Shown: positions 22,673 to 33,170 of the stretch, in pieces
Position numbering within the stretch: position 1 is the stretch's first letter
Layout: every line of letters begins with the position of its first letter
Assembly (NCBI GenBank): GCA_018398765.1
Contig: JAHBMJ010000468.1
Span: 1 to 47,206, forward strand
Direction: 5' to 3'
DNA: 47,206 nt
Origin: Chromera velia
Lineage: Eukaryota
Translations under genes and position numbers: made by a program
The notes under the pieces: model-generated
The model's database searches: none
What the model was told of the DNA's origin: nothing
What the model saw: the letters and a program-made list of their open reading frames with translations, nothing else

Positions 22673-23458
22673 CAGGAAAAAGCGGAAGCTGCGCAACCTC
22701 CAAACAAATTAGGCTAAATCCGCCCCTCATATATGGGCCGGGACGCAGTATGCATAATAAAACCCTCAACCATCTTCAATGCTAAGTCTGAGCTTGGTTT
22801 TAAATAGCTGACTTATGGACAGCAATTTGCTAGTGTAGTGTTCTATCTCCCAGTGCCGCCGTCTTGCCGCCACTGTCCAATCCTTGCATGCATGCCGCCT
22901 TTGCTTTGCATGAATCACCATGATAATAAAGTTAATCGCCCGTCGCTATGTTCTGTCTGTGAAGTCATAAGTTGCGCATTAAAAGTGATGAATAAGCTTG
23001 CTCCTAGAATCGACCAACAGGAAAAAGCGGAACCTTCGGACAAACTAGGCTAGATCCGCCCCTCATATGTGGGGACGCGGCATGCATAACAAAACGTTCG
23101 ATCACATCATGTTACTTAGCCCCCCCCCTTACAAGAAGAAAACAACTACAAGAGGGGGGGGGGGCGTAGCCTCCCAGCCCAGGCCCCCCCTCCCTCGGTC
23201 AACTTTAAACAGCATAGTTTTTACACAATCAGACAATTAAACTACCCTAGATTCACCCTTTATATCCCTTTATATATGGGAACGACCCTCCATATATGAC
23301 ATGTATAACAAAACCTCTAATCATCATTCTCCTGCCTTTAGAGAAACTAAGTTAGATCCACCCCTCATATATTGAGATGCGGCATGCATAACAAAACCTT
23401 TTTTTAAAAAATATTTCAAATTAATTATAGCTTGCTTTCGATCATCATTCTCCTGCCT
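22673..23458. repeat. Cluster of diverged direct repeats (~55-90 bp core)
   Basis: Core CAAACTAGGCTAGATCCGCCCCTCATATGTGGGGACGCGGCATGCATAACAAAAC with variants at ~22705, 23041 and 23344 and a partial at ~23285. ATCATCATTCTCCTGCC occurs at 23320 and 23441. Confidence 0.85.
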
Positions 23459-25097
23459 GGGCCTACACACATAACTGGAAAGCGTAGCGGGGGGTATACT
23501 TATACAAAACAACTCAACGTGGATAAGTGTTACGTGGAAGAGTAAAGTTAGGTAAAGTTACGTAATACACTCAACTTTTGTAGGTGAGTGCCCAAAAATA
23601 TTACTAGAAAGATGTGTCCAAAAGAATTTTAAAGAAAGGATTCAGATATTTAAAGAGAAATAATAATGCAAGCGCTAGTGCAAGCGTTATGTAAAAAACC
23701 ACTTTCATAGAATTACGGGCCTTTTTTATTGTTGAGCTGCCCTTTCAGCCTGAGTTTCAAGATCGCTGGGCGCAAGAAGACACATTGCATTGCATGTATA
23801 TGCATGTATATAGGAAAACCAAAGGAGGAGATTAAAGGTGGTGTGAAACCTTGATAATCTCCTTCTCCCTCGGTAAAGGCTACCCAGGGGGGCCTCTGTG
23901 AAGAGAAAAAAACCTTTATCAAAGAAAGACCTGACCCATCTGCTAGCCCATCTACGCCCATCTACCCCCTTTCTGCTCAACTTCTTTCTCCACCCAAAAG
24001 CCCCTAAGCTTATTTCCTTCTCCTCTAATTCTCTTTTCTTTTTTTTTTTTGTTTCTTTTCAATTACTCAATCGATTTCGGTATAGTATTACCCAGAAAAG
24101 GCCATTCATTTTATGCCTTCCAAGTCCGAACACCCAGAGAACGCTGCCACTTCCCTTCCGAGAAGGTACTCGGGCTGGAAGCGAGCTCTGGTGCCCCTTC
24201 TGCTCACTCCTGCTGTGAGTACTTAGTAACATTCACGTCCCCCCTGGTATACCCCCCCCCCCTCCTAAGTTTATACAGCATAGTAAAAACACGTCTGTTC
24301 ATCGATTACTTTTAATGTGTGGCTCATTACTTGTGCCTTATTGTATCCCTAACTGCAGGATAGGAGAACTAGATAGAACCAGATCAATGAAGAGAAGAAA
24401 GGTAGGAGAATTGTTTCTGGTTATTTCTAGTCCAGAAAGCAAAGCTGAGAGGGCACTTAACAAAAAATCTATCCCCCCAAACCTACGGACACCCGACGTT
24501 GACATGAAGATCTGACGCACGCCAAGCTAGTCCCCGGAAAGACGTACAATTATTAATAATTGAAACAGCAGAAGGGGCACTTACCAAATTTCAGTGATAG
24601 GCATGCCATATAAGCAAGAAGAATTAATTTCGCTTTCCGGGCCATTCGCACGGAGTGCGTCAGATAAATCTTAATTGCAAAGTGCATGCCCCCCGCGCTT
24701 CGCTTTCCACGATCGGCCGTGCATCGCGACCGTCTACGCCCTCTACGCCGTCTCCGTTTGCTTTAAATTTATGAGGGACCGCGAGTGTGCATGCAGGCCA
24801 TGGGGACACAAAAAATTCCCGTATCCGATGCCACCGATGGTGTCGGATAAGGAGGGGGGGGGGTCACCAGCTCTGGATCATATCCGCATCTGCATGTCCC
24901 CACTTCTGCTGGGGCACTCCACCTAGGACTCCAGTCCTTCTTTGCTTCCTCTGCTGCGCTGCTTCATTTTGAAACGGCAACTCAAACGGCCGAGAGTCAT
25001 AGATCAGTCGTAATCGCGTGCGCAGCTGAAGCGACTTCAGGAGACGTCACTGGAATGCATTGATTGGTTCCTGAAGGTGCAGGACTGTAGGTCAAGC

Positions 25098-28052
25098 ATG
25101 ACTTCTCTCAGTCTATGCAGCGAGCGCCGCTCACAAGCATTTCCTGCGGTGAGTCGGAAGCTTCTTTTTGGTTTGCTTTCCATTGCTCTGGCTCCGTCAG
25201 CGGCAGCCTCAATGAGAGATTGTAGAGCCTCAGGGTCTGTCCCCTCCAGCTTTCTGGTGTCCACTTCCTTTGCACCTGTGAGCCTGAAACCCCCGTTCTC
25301 GCGTTGGGGATTGAATCGAAAGAGGCATGCCTGTTCCTTCACAAGAGAGGAGTGCACTGTTGTTGTATTGGACGGAACGAGTTTGCCGTCTCGTTCCGCG
25401 AATGAGAAAGGGGGAGAAAGTACAGAGCGACCCGTCTCCTCCAAGCCCAGAGGCAGGGTCGAGGCGCCTGGTGTCAAAGGGGGCGCTGGGTCTGACTCGG
25501 TTGGGAAAGGAAGAAGGAGGCAGGTTTCAGGGCAAGCTTCAGAATATGTTGGGAAGAACAGACGTCCAGTGGTCAAGGAGGTGCAAAGAAGGCATGATTT
25601 TACAACAAGGGGGAAAGTGGAAGACATTCAGGTGATCTCGAATGCTCAGAAGAGCAAGGGGCGAAGGTCATCAGGGGTTGGGAGTGGAATGAAGAGTAGC
25701 AGGAAAGGGGCAAAAGGTGTCGAAAGGCGGCGAGGGATGAGCGCAGACGATCGAATTCTCCGCTGGTACACAAGGCGAATCACAGAGACAGGCCGCCATG
25801 GAAAATGGAAAGACGCCTTGTCACTTTTTGAAGAGCTGAAGAGCAAAGGATTGAGGCCGGACGTCTTTGTGGTCAGCGCACTGTTGAGTTGTTTGCGCAA
25901 CGCGTCTGGGGGCAGTAGGTGGAAGGAGGCCCTTGAAGTGTTTAAAGACATGATGCGTGCAGGAGTCGAGCCTAATACAGTAACTTTCAGTGCGTTGATC
26001 AGTGCGATGGAGAAGGCTCCGGGGGGGAGCCAGTGGGAGAGGGCACTTGAGGTGTTTGGGGAGATGGAGCGTAGAGGAGTCGAGCCTGATACAGTTAGTT
26101 TTAGCGCGTTGATCAGTGCGATGGAGAAGGCTCCGGAAGGAAGCCAGTGGGAGAGAGCACTTGAGGTGTTTGGGGAGATGAAGAGTAGAGGAGTCGAGCC
26201 TACTACGGTTACTTTCAGCGCGTTGATCAGTGCGATGGAGAAGGCTCCAGGGGGGAGCCAGTGGGAGAGAGCACTTGAGGTGTTTGGGGAGATGGAGCGT
26301 AGAGGAGTCGAGCCTGATATAGTAACTTTCAGCGCGTTGATCAGCGCGATGCAGAAGGCTCCGGGGGGGAGCCAGTGGGAGAAAGCACTTGAGGTGTTTG
26401 GGGAGATGGAGCGTAGAGGAATCAAGCCTAATACGCGTACTTTCAACGCGTTGATCACTGCGATGGAGAAGGCTCCGGAAGGAAGCCAGTGGAAGAGGGC
26501 ACTTGAGGTGTTTGGGGAGATGGAGCGTAGAGAGGTCGAGCCTAATATAGTAACTTTCAGCGCGTTGATCAGCGCGATGGGGAAGGCTCCGGGGGGGAGC
26601 CAGTGGGAGAAAGCACTTGAGGTGTTTGGGGAGATGGAGCGTAGAGGAATCGAGCCTAATACGCGTACTTTCAACGCGTTGATCACTGCGATGGAGAAGG
26701 CTCCGGAAGGAAGCCAGTGGAAGAGGGCACTTGAGTATTTTGGGGAGATGGAGCGTAGAGGAGTCGAGCCTGATATAGTAACTTTCAGCGCGTTGATCAG
26801 TGCGATGGAGAAGGCTCCGGGGGGGAGCCAGTGGAAGAGGGCACTTGTAGTGTTTGGGGAGATGGAGCGTAGAGAAGTCGAGCCTGATACAGTTAGTTTT
26901 AGCGCATTGATCAGTGCGATGGAGAAGGCTCCGGGGGGGAGCCAGTGGGAGAGGGCACTTGAGGTGTTTGGGGAGATGGAGCGTAGAGGAGTCGAGCCTG
27001 ATACGGTTACTTTCAACGCGTTGATCAGTGCGATGGAGAAGGCTCCGGGGGGGAGCCAGTGGGAGATCGCACTTGAGGTGTTTGGGGAGATGGAGCGTAG
27101 AGGAGTCGAGCCTAGTACGCGTACTTTCAACGCGTTGATCAGTACGATGGAGAAGGCTCCGGGGGGGAGCCAGTGGGAGATCGCACTTGAGGTGTTTGGG
27201 GAGATGAAGAGTAGAGGAGTCGAGCCTACTACGGTTACTTTCAGCGCGTTGATCAGTGCGATGGAGAAGGCTCCGGGGGGGAGTCAGTGGGAGAGAGCAC
27301 TTGAGGTGTTTGGGGAGATGGAGCGTAGAAGAGTCGAGCCTAATACAGTAACTTTCAGCGCGTTGATTAGTGCGATGGAGAAGGCTCCGGGGGGGAGCCA
27401 GTGGAAGAGGGCACTTGAGTATTTTGGGGAGATGGAGCGTAGAGGAGTCGAGCCTGATATAGTAACTTTCAGCGCGTTGATCAGTGCGATGGAGAAAGCT
27501 CCGGGGGGGAGCCAGTGGGAGATCGCACTTGAGGTGTTTGAGGAGATGAAGCGTAGAGGAGTCGAGCCTGATGAGCGTACTTTCAACGCGTTGATCAGTG
27601 CGATGGAGAAAGCTCCGGGGGGAAGCCAGTGGGAGAGAGCACTTGAGGTGTTTGGGGAGATGGAGCGTAGAGGAGTCGAGCCTGATACAATAACTTTCAG
27701 CGCGTTGATCAGTGCGATGGAGAAGGCTCCGGGGGGGAGCCAGTGGGAGATCGCACTTGAGGTGTTTGGGGAGATGAAGCGTAGAGGAGTCGAGCCTGAT
27801 ACGCGTACTTTCAACGCGTTGATCAGTACGATGGAGAAGGCTCCGGGGGGGAGCCAGTGGGAGATCGCACTTGAGGTGTTTGGGGAGATGGAGCGTAGAG
27901 GAGTCGAGCCTAGTACGCGTACTTTCTACGCGTTGATCAGTGCGATGGAGAAGGCTCTCGGGGGGAGCCAGTGGGAGAGAGCACTTGAGGTGTTTGAGGA
28001 GGTGGAGCGTAGAAGAGTCGAGCCTACTAAGGAAATCTCCTCGTCTTGGTAA
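25098..28052 (+). CDS. Pentatricopeptide-repeat (P-type PPR) protein with 38-aa repeats and a possible organelle-targeting leader
   Basis: First ATG at 25098. Two divergent PPR-like motifs precede 18 near-identical motifs of the form TVTFSALISAMEKAPGGSQWERALEVFGEMERRGVEPD. The N-terminus has a hydrophobic stretch KLLFGLLSIALAPSAAA followed by an S/R-rich region. Confidence 0.93.
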   Translation: MTSLSLCSERRSQAFPAVSRKLLFGLLSIALAPSAAASMRDCRASGSVPSSFLVSTSFAPVSLKPPFSRWGLNRKRHACSFTREECTVVVLDGTSLPSRSANEKGGESTERPVSSKPRGRVEAPGVKGGAGSDSVGKGRRRQVSGQASEYVGKNRRPVVKEVQRRHDFTTRGKVEDIQVISNAQKSKGRRSSGVGSGMKSSRKGAKGVERRRGMSADDRILRWYTRRITETGRHGKWKDALSLFEELKSKGLRPDVFVVSALLSCLRNASGGSRWKEALEVFKDMMRAGVEPNTVTFSALISAMEKAPGGSQWERALEVFGEMERRGVEPDTVSFSALISAMEKAPEGSQWERALEVFGEMKSRGVEPTTVTFSALISAMEKAPGGSQWERALEVFGEMERRGVEPDIVTFSALISAMQKAPGGSQWEKALEVFGEMERRGIKPNTRTFNALITAMEKAPEGSQWKRALEVFGEMERREVEPNIVTFSALISAMGKAPGGSQWEKALEVFGEMERRGIEPNTRTFNALITAMEKAPEGSQWKRALEYFGEMERRGVEPDIVTFSALISAMEKAPGGSQWKRALVVFGEMERREVEPDTVSFSALISAMEKAPGGSQWERALEVFGEMERRGVEPDTVTFNALISAMEKAPGGSQWEIALEVFGEMERRGVEPSTRTFNALISTMEKAPGGSQWEIALEVFGEMKSRGVEPTTVTFSALISAMEKAPGGSQWERALEVFGEMERRRVEPNTVTFSALISAMEKAPGGSQWKRALEYFGEMERRGVEPDIVTFSALISAMEKAPGGSQWEIALEVFEEMKRRGVEPDERTFNALISAMEKAPGGSQWERALEVFGEMERRGVEPDTITFSALISAMEKAPGGSQWEIALEVFGEMKRRGVEPDTRTFNALISTMEKAPGGSQWEIALEVFGEMERRGVEPSTRTFYALISAMEKALGGSQWERALEVFEEVERRRVEPTKEISSSW
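25977..28028 (+). repeat. Coding tandem array, 18 x 114 bp
   Basis: Exact 114-bp period (e.g. GAGCCT at 25968, 26082 ... 28020) with no indels. Confidence 0.97.
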
Positions 28053-28180
28053 TCTAGTGGCAGCCTGCCAATCTCCGCATCACAAGGCATGGATGTATTG
28101 ACAAGTTTTTGTTTCAATAAATCGCGGGTGAGGGTCGTTCTCTCTCTCTGTGAGGGAAGGAGGAGAGTCTCTGTCTGCAG

Positions 28181-28302
28181 GGAGGGAGGGATGAGTCCTC
28201 TTCTGCAGGCGTTCGGTTTCGGGTGTCGTGAGGCAGTGAAGGCGCTCTTGGCGGCGGTGAAGGCAGTTGACAGGGTGGGTGTGCGTCTCTCTGTCTCTGT
28301 AT

Positions 28303-28353
<51 letters not shown>

Positions 28354-29986
28354 ACCCCCCTCCCTCTCTCTCTCTCGCCCCCCCCCCTCCCCTCTCTCTC
28401 TGTTTCTGTCGCCCTTTTCGGTTGAAAATAAGTGAATGCAGAATTTTCTACTTTGCGGTCACGCTCCTTTTGATGTCTCTCTGATGTTTTGGTGCGGGCT
28501 TTTGCAGTACGGGTGGTCAACCCTTCACTTTGCTGGTGTCCGAAAAGAACCCTGCTCCGAGACAGTACACATGCTGGTGGAGGCGGAGGTGGAGGTGAAT
28601 GCTCTAAATGAGGTGAGGCAGTTATCGATTAGAGGAATGCCCTCTGCCTTGTTGCATGCATGTCTCTGCGTCTTGAATGAAGTTTTGACTTTTGTTCTCA
28701 CAAGAAGTCCAATGGAACTGCTTCGATGGATGTCTCTCATCTTCTATAACTGTTTTTCTTTCGGACTGCTGCAGGGATTCATGTCAACTTCTGCTTCCTC
28801 GAGAGACGCATTCATGCAGGCAGGCGTCTTCTTGCTGATTCATTTCCTTCCGGTTTTTGTTTACTTGTTTTTTCTCGAGGCTCTCTCTCCGCAGGAATTG
28901 AGGGAGAAGCGCAGGCCCTCCACCATGCACACGTGTGCTTGGGGACACCCTCTGACTCTGCACGGAGGCGCTCTTGGAGGCGGGGGCGGACGTGAAGGCA
29001 GTCGACATGCAATCATTGTGAGTTCGTATCTATCTTCCTTCCTTCCTTCCTCCTTGCTTTAGGGTCGAACGAAAGATTTAATACAGCTGTCCCTGCTCTG
29101 AGGTCTGACGTTTTCTGACGTCTTTCTGACGTTCTCTTGTGACGTTTTGCAGCATGGTCGGTCTGCGGTTCACTTTGCGGCGCAACGAGAAGAAGCATGT
29201 CCCCAGGTGATGCAGATGCTGGTCGAAATAGGAGCTGATGTAAAGGCTCCAGATAAGGTGGGTGGGTCGGTCAGGAGAGATCCCATAGCTCTCAGGTATA
29301 GTTCCTCTCTTCGAACGCCTTCATTGTCACATGCAGTGGGTTCGTCAGGCTGTTTTCGTGGGTATGTGCAGTGCGCTCGTTTTTTCCTGCTGTAGGTGGA
29401 GACTGTCACAAAAGCTTGTTTTTTCCTGCTGTAGGTGGAGACTGTCACAAAAGCGATATCAGGAGGCCGACTTTCTTGCTGTCTGATCGAGACCGTGTTG
29501 CGCAGGTTTTCTTTCTTCGGGTCTCGCTCTTTCCGCAACCTTCCTGGCATTCTTTTGTGAGTGTTTGCAGTACGGGTGGTCAGCATTTCACTATGTGCCA
29601 GAAGTACAAGAACCGTCTCCAGAGGTGATGAAGATCCTGGTGGAGGCGGGCGCTGCCGTGAAAGCTCGAAATAAGGTGGGTTTGTCGGGAGAGATGTTTT
29701 CTGAAGTGTTGCGTGTCTTTGCATCTTCTTGGAAGGTCTGCATGGATTTGGCTCTTCCAAAATGAACATGCACGAGTGAGTGTTTCCCGTGCTTGGCTTT
29801 GAAGGTGTGGGCCAGCCTGTCTCTCTCTGCTCGGGAGCATCACTTGAGGGCAACTTTCCATTTTTGTTCTCTGGGTCCTCTGTGCAGTTTCAACGGTCTC
29901 CACTCCTCGAGGTGTCAAGGAGGAGGGACCCCCAGGCAGTGAAGGCGCTATTGAAGGCGGAGGCGGACGTGACTGCAGTTGACAAA
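28181..29986 (+). pseudogene. Array of single-ankyrin-repeat exons, partly degenerate
   Basis: Exons 28181-28274, 28508-28612 (YGWSTLHFA..VNALNE), ~28895-29017 (frameshifted), 29153-29257 (HGRSAVHFAA..GADVKAPDK), 29571-29675 (YGWSAFHY..GAAVKARNK) and 29888-29986 (FQRSPLL..EADVTAVDK). The four intact downstream exons are phase 0 at both ends. Confidence 0.75.
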
Positions 29987-30039
29987 GCAAGTGCGCGTCT
30001 CTCTCTCTCTGTATCCCTGTCTGTTTTTTTGCGTTTTGG

Positions 30040-32475
30040 ATGGCTTTTGTTTCGCTCGTACTCCGCGCTGCGGGGAACAGCCAGTACCTCTCAGTTGCCG
30101 AAGGTGAGAGGAGGGCCTTGCTGCAGTGCCCCGTCTCTTCACAGGAGACGGCAGAGATAGATGAGAGGAGGGTAGAGCTTCGGGAAGCTCTGAAAGCGTC
30201 TGCAGGTCCTCTGTGGGGCATCTGCATTGGAGGCGTTGAGTGCTTGTGCCAATCCGAAAGAGGGGGGGGCAGTGGGGGTCGTGTGTGTGTGGAGGGGCTA
30301 GCAGACCAACTGAAGGCAGCCTCTGATGAACTGAGTCGAATCACGTCTGATGAATCAGACTTCTCTCCGTCTGGCTGTGAATCCCTTGAGGGTCTCTCAG
30401 TTGAGTGCCTTTGCAGCAGACTCTGTCTCTGGCAGAAGAGTGGGTGGAGGGGCGGAGTTGTGCAATGAGAGAAGTCCGAACAAAAACAACAGCAGCATGA
30501 CAAAAAGAAATTTGCAGCAGAGAGTCTCCTGGGAGATGCTGCATCGCTCCCTAGTGGGAAGACATTCGAAGAGTTGGAAGAGGTAGAGAAAGCGCAGGCA
30601 GAGAGGCTTGACCAAATGAGTCGTTTGGAGGATGTGCGTGCGTCGGGTGTTTTTCAGAAGGGGAAGGAGGTGGTGGGGGGAATTGTGAAGATGTGTGGGG
30701 AAGTAGGCAGGCGATTGAGGGAGGTGGGGGGTCTTGGTAGTCTCCTTGGGAGAACCGAGAAGGAGGTTGGGGAGATCAGTCAAGTGTTTTCTTTGTATGA
30801 GAATGGAGGGGCAGAGAGGGAGAGAGTGAATGTCGAGGAGCTCCTGTCCTCGCCTCTGACTGCTCTGAAAGGCCTCCTTGAAGAGCACGAAGAGCAAATG
30901 AATACGGAAAAGGAATTAGAGTTGGAAACGGAACTCGCACGATTGAGGAGAAAGGGGGAGGAGGTAAGAAGGCTAGAGAACGAATTGCAACGTGTGAGAG
31001 AGACGTCAAAGGGCCGCGATCTCCCCGCCGCAATTGCCCGCGAGCGTGCACGTCTGATGTCTTTCGTGTCCCGTCACTTCCCAGAACTCCTGTGGGAGGG
31101 GGGATCCTTCCTTCACCTCGTGCGTCTTGACGTTCAAGAGGTGGTGCGAGCTGAGGCCCCCTCCATGTTAGAGAGGGGGGTCCTCGTGCAAGGCCGGTTT
31201 TCCCTTCGCGATTTCTCGAACGAGGCGGTCATTTCTGCACCGTCTCCTCAGTCAGGCAGGTTTGCGCGTGTGACTGCATGCACAGACCTGCAGGGGGGGC
31301 AGTGGGTGCTGAAGAGATATGAGATCGGGCGGGGAGGGGAGGAGCCACAGTCCCTCAGTGTCGCCACCGGTGCAAGTCGGCACTTCTACCGTGAGGCTGC
31401 GATGCTCCAAGAGCTGCAGCATCTACACCTTGTGCACGTGACCGAAGTGTGGCAGGAGGGGGTTTATGGGTTTGTGTGGGGTTTATGGGTTTATGGGTGA
31501 AGGGGGGGCGAGAATGACTACTGCAGGTGACGTCTTTGCTGCAGGGGTGGTTCTTGAGGAGCTTCTGGGTGGGGGGGTGTTGGAGGGGGAGCCTTTGCGG
31601 GCAGAGGCTTTGGGGGAGTTGGTGGGTCGAATGCGGTCGGACAATCCGGCAGACCGTCCGTCAGCAGAGGAGGCGCTCCAATGCCGTCTCTTCTTCCGCG
31701 AGACTGCACAGACTGCACAGTGCGTTGCCTTCAGGCTACGAGGTTCTTCTCAGAAACCGCAGTGTCTCCTGCTCCGCCCCTTCCCGCCACTTCCTCTGCG
31801 CCCCGTGCCTCAACCGTCAAGTCGAGTCACAGACCCGCACCGACCCAGAGAGAGTACACCGACGTCAGAGAGAGCACGCTTCCTTCAAGGCAGGGGGGTG
31901 CAAAGTCGAATGGGGGGGGGAGGTCGGGTGCCCCACAGAGCCATTCATCGCAGCTGACTACCCGACACTTGAGCAGAGAGACTCATGCTCTCTGGGAGAG
32001 TGTACAGGAGGAGGCGTCAGAAGAAAGAGTGAGAAGGAAGGTGGAGGATGAATACAAAGAGAGACTGCGAAAGGCGTTGGTGGAAGACGGGGCACAGAGA
32101 AAGGTGAGGGAAATCACAGAGGACATCCTGACCCTCAAGTGTCCTCGTTGTCGTGCGGCATTTGCCGACTTTGACGGCTGTGCTGCGTTGACATGCGGGA
32201 GTTGCAATTGTGCCTTCTGCGGCTATTGCCTGAAGGACTGCGGGAGGGACGCACATGACCACATGCCCCGCTGCCGTGTGACTAGAGACGTTGGCGCACG
32301 TCTGAACACACAGTTCGGAATGTTTCCTGCGAGTTTCCAGGACTGGAAACGTTTTCAGAGGGAGCGGCAGACAGAAAGAGAGGGAGAGGTGCTGCAACGG
32401 TTGAGTGCCGACGAGCTGTCCCAAGTTCGGCAGCTCCTGCAGCCCCTTTTGCAGGAGAGGGGTATTCAGATCTGA
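30040..32475 (+). pseudogene. Coiled-coil + Ser/Thr-kinase-like + RING-like + Rcat (RBR RING2-type) protein, disrupted
   Basis: Kinase N-lobe GRFARV..WVLKRY..FYREAAMLQELQH and C-lobe end DVFAAGVVL..RPSAEEAL, with HRD/DFG/APE absent. RING-like C..HFLCAPCL..GC, then CPRC..DFDGCAALTCGSCNCAFCGYCL..DAHDH..C. In-frame TGA at 30466 and frame changes near 31500, 31730 and 31950. Confidence 0.8.
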
Positions 32476-33170
32476 GTTCAGAATATAGATGTCAGAGGAG
32501 GTGCGCAGCAAAAAATGCACCCATGTCCCAATGAAGGAAGTACGTAATACGATCCAGCTGTTTGCGTTCATTATCGTATCTATGCATAATATGCGCTCAG
32601 ACATGATAAGCTAGATGTAGTTAGATCTAGAGTTAGATGATAAGTCTGAAACGTCCTGTTATAAAGCGTTGTAAAGCGTTGAAAGAGCTAGTCTAGGAGC
32701 TGGTGACTTTAGAACCACCCTTAGTAGCTGGCGTAGCAGTATCTAGCAGTGGTGGTAGCAGTGACTATACAAGTGACTATAGGCCTGTGCAAAAGTTTTT
32801 TAACTGTTTTTAGAACATTAAAAACAGTTTGGGGCAAATTTTGGGATAGTTTGGACCGTTCTATATAATTTGAAGATAAATCCTAATCTAGCCTAGTCTA
32901 TTCCCTACATCTTTCCAACCGAAGCTTCTCTCACTCACTCTAGCACTCGCTCTCTCTCCGAGTCACTCACGTAAATGGGAAGTGCACATCAGAGAGAAAA
33001 CCTTCATGTGGGCAACAAGAAAGGAGAAGAAAGAAGAAAGAAAAAGGGAGAGGAAAGAAGAGCCAGTAGAAGCGGTGAGAGGGGAAGGAAAAAAATAAAT
33101 AAGAAAACTCAGAAGAATAGAGAGAAAAGTGAGAGAGGAAATCAGAGGCCTAAAAGCAGAAAGAGAGCAG

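Noticed and set aside
25646..27814. Long antisense repeat ORFs (494 aa and 176 aa)
   Set aside because: Reverse-strand shadow of the 114-bp PPR array.
25977..28028. Octotricopeptide (OPR) identity because units are 38 aa
   Set aside because: The sequence follows the PPR consensus (TF.ALISA..K..W..ALE.F.EM...G..PD) with a 3-aa loop insertion and lacks the OPR PPPEW-like motif.
31459..31498. Interstitial telomeric repeat
   Set aside because: The unit is TTTATGGG, not TTTAGGG, and is explained by copying of the flanking GVYGFV codons.
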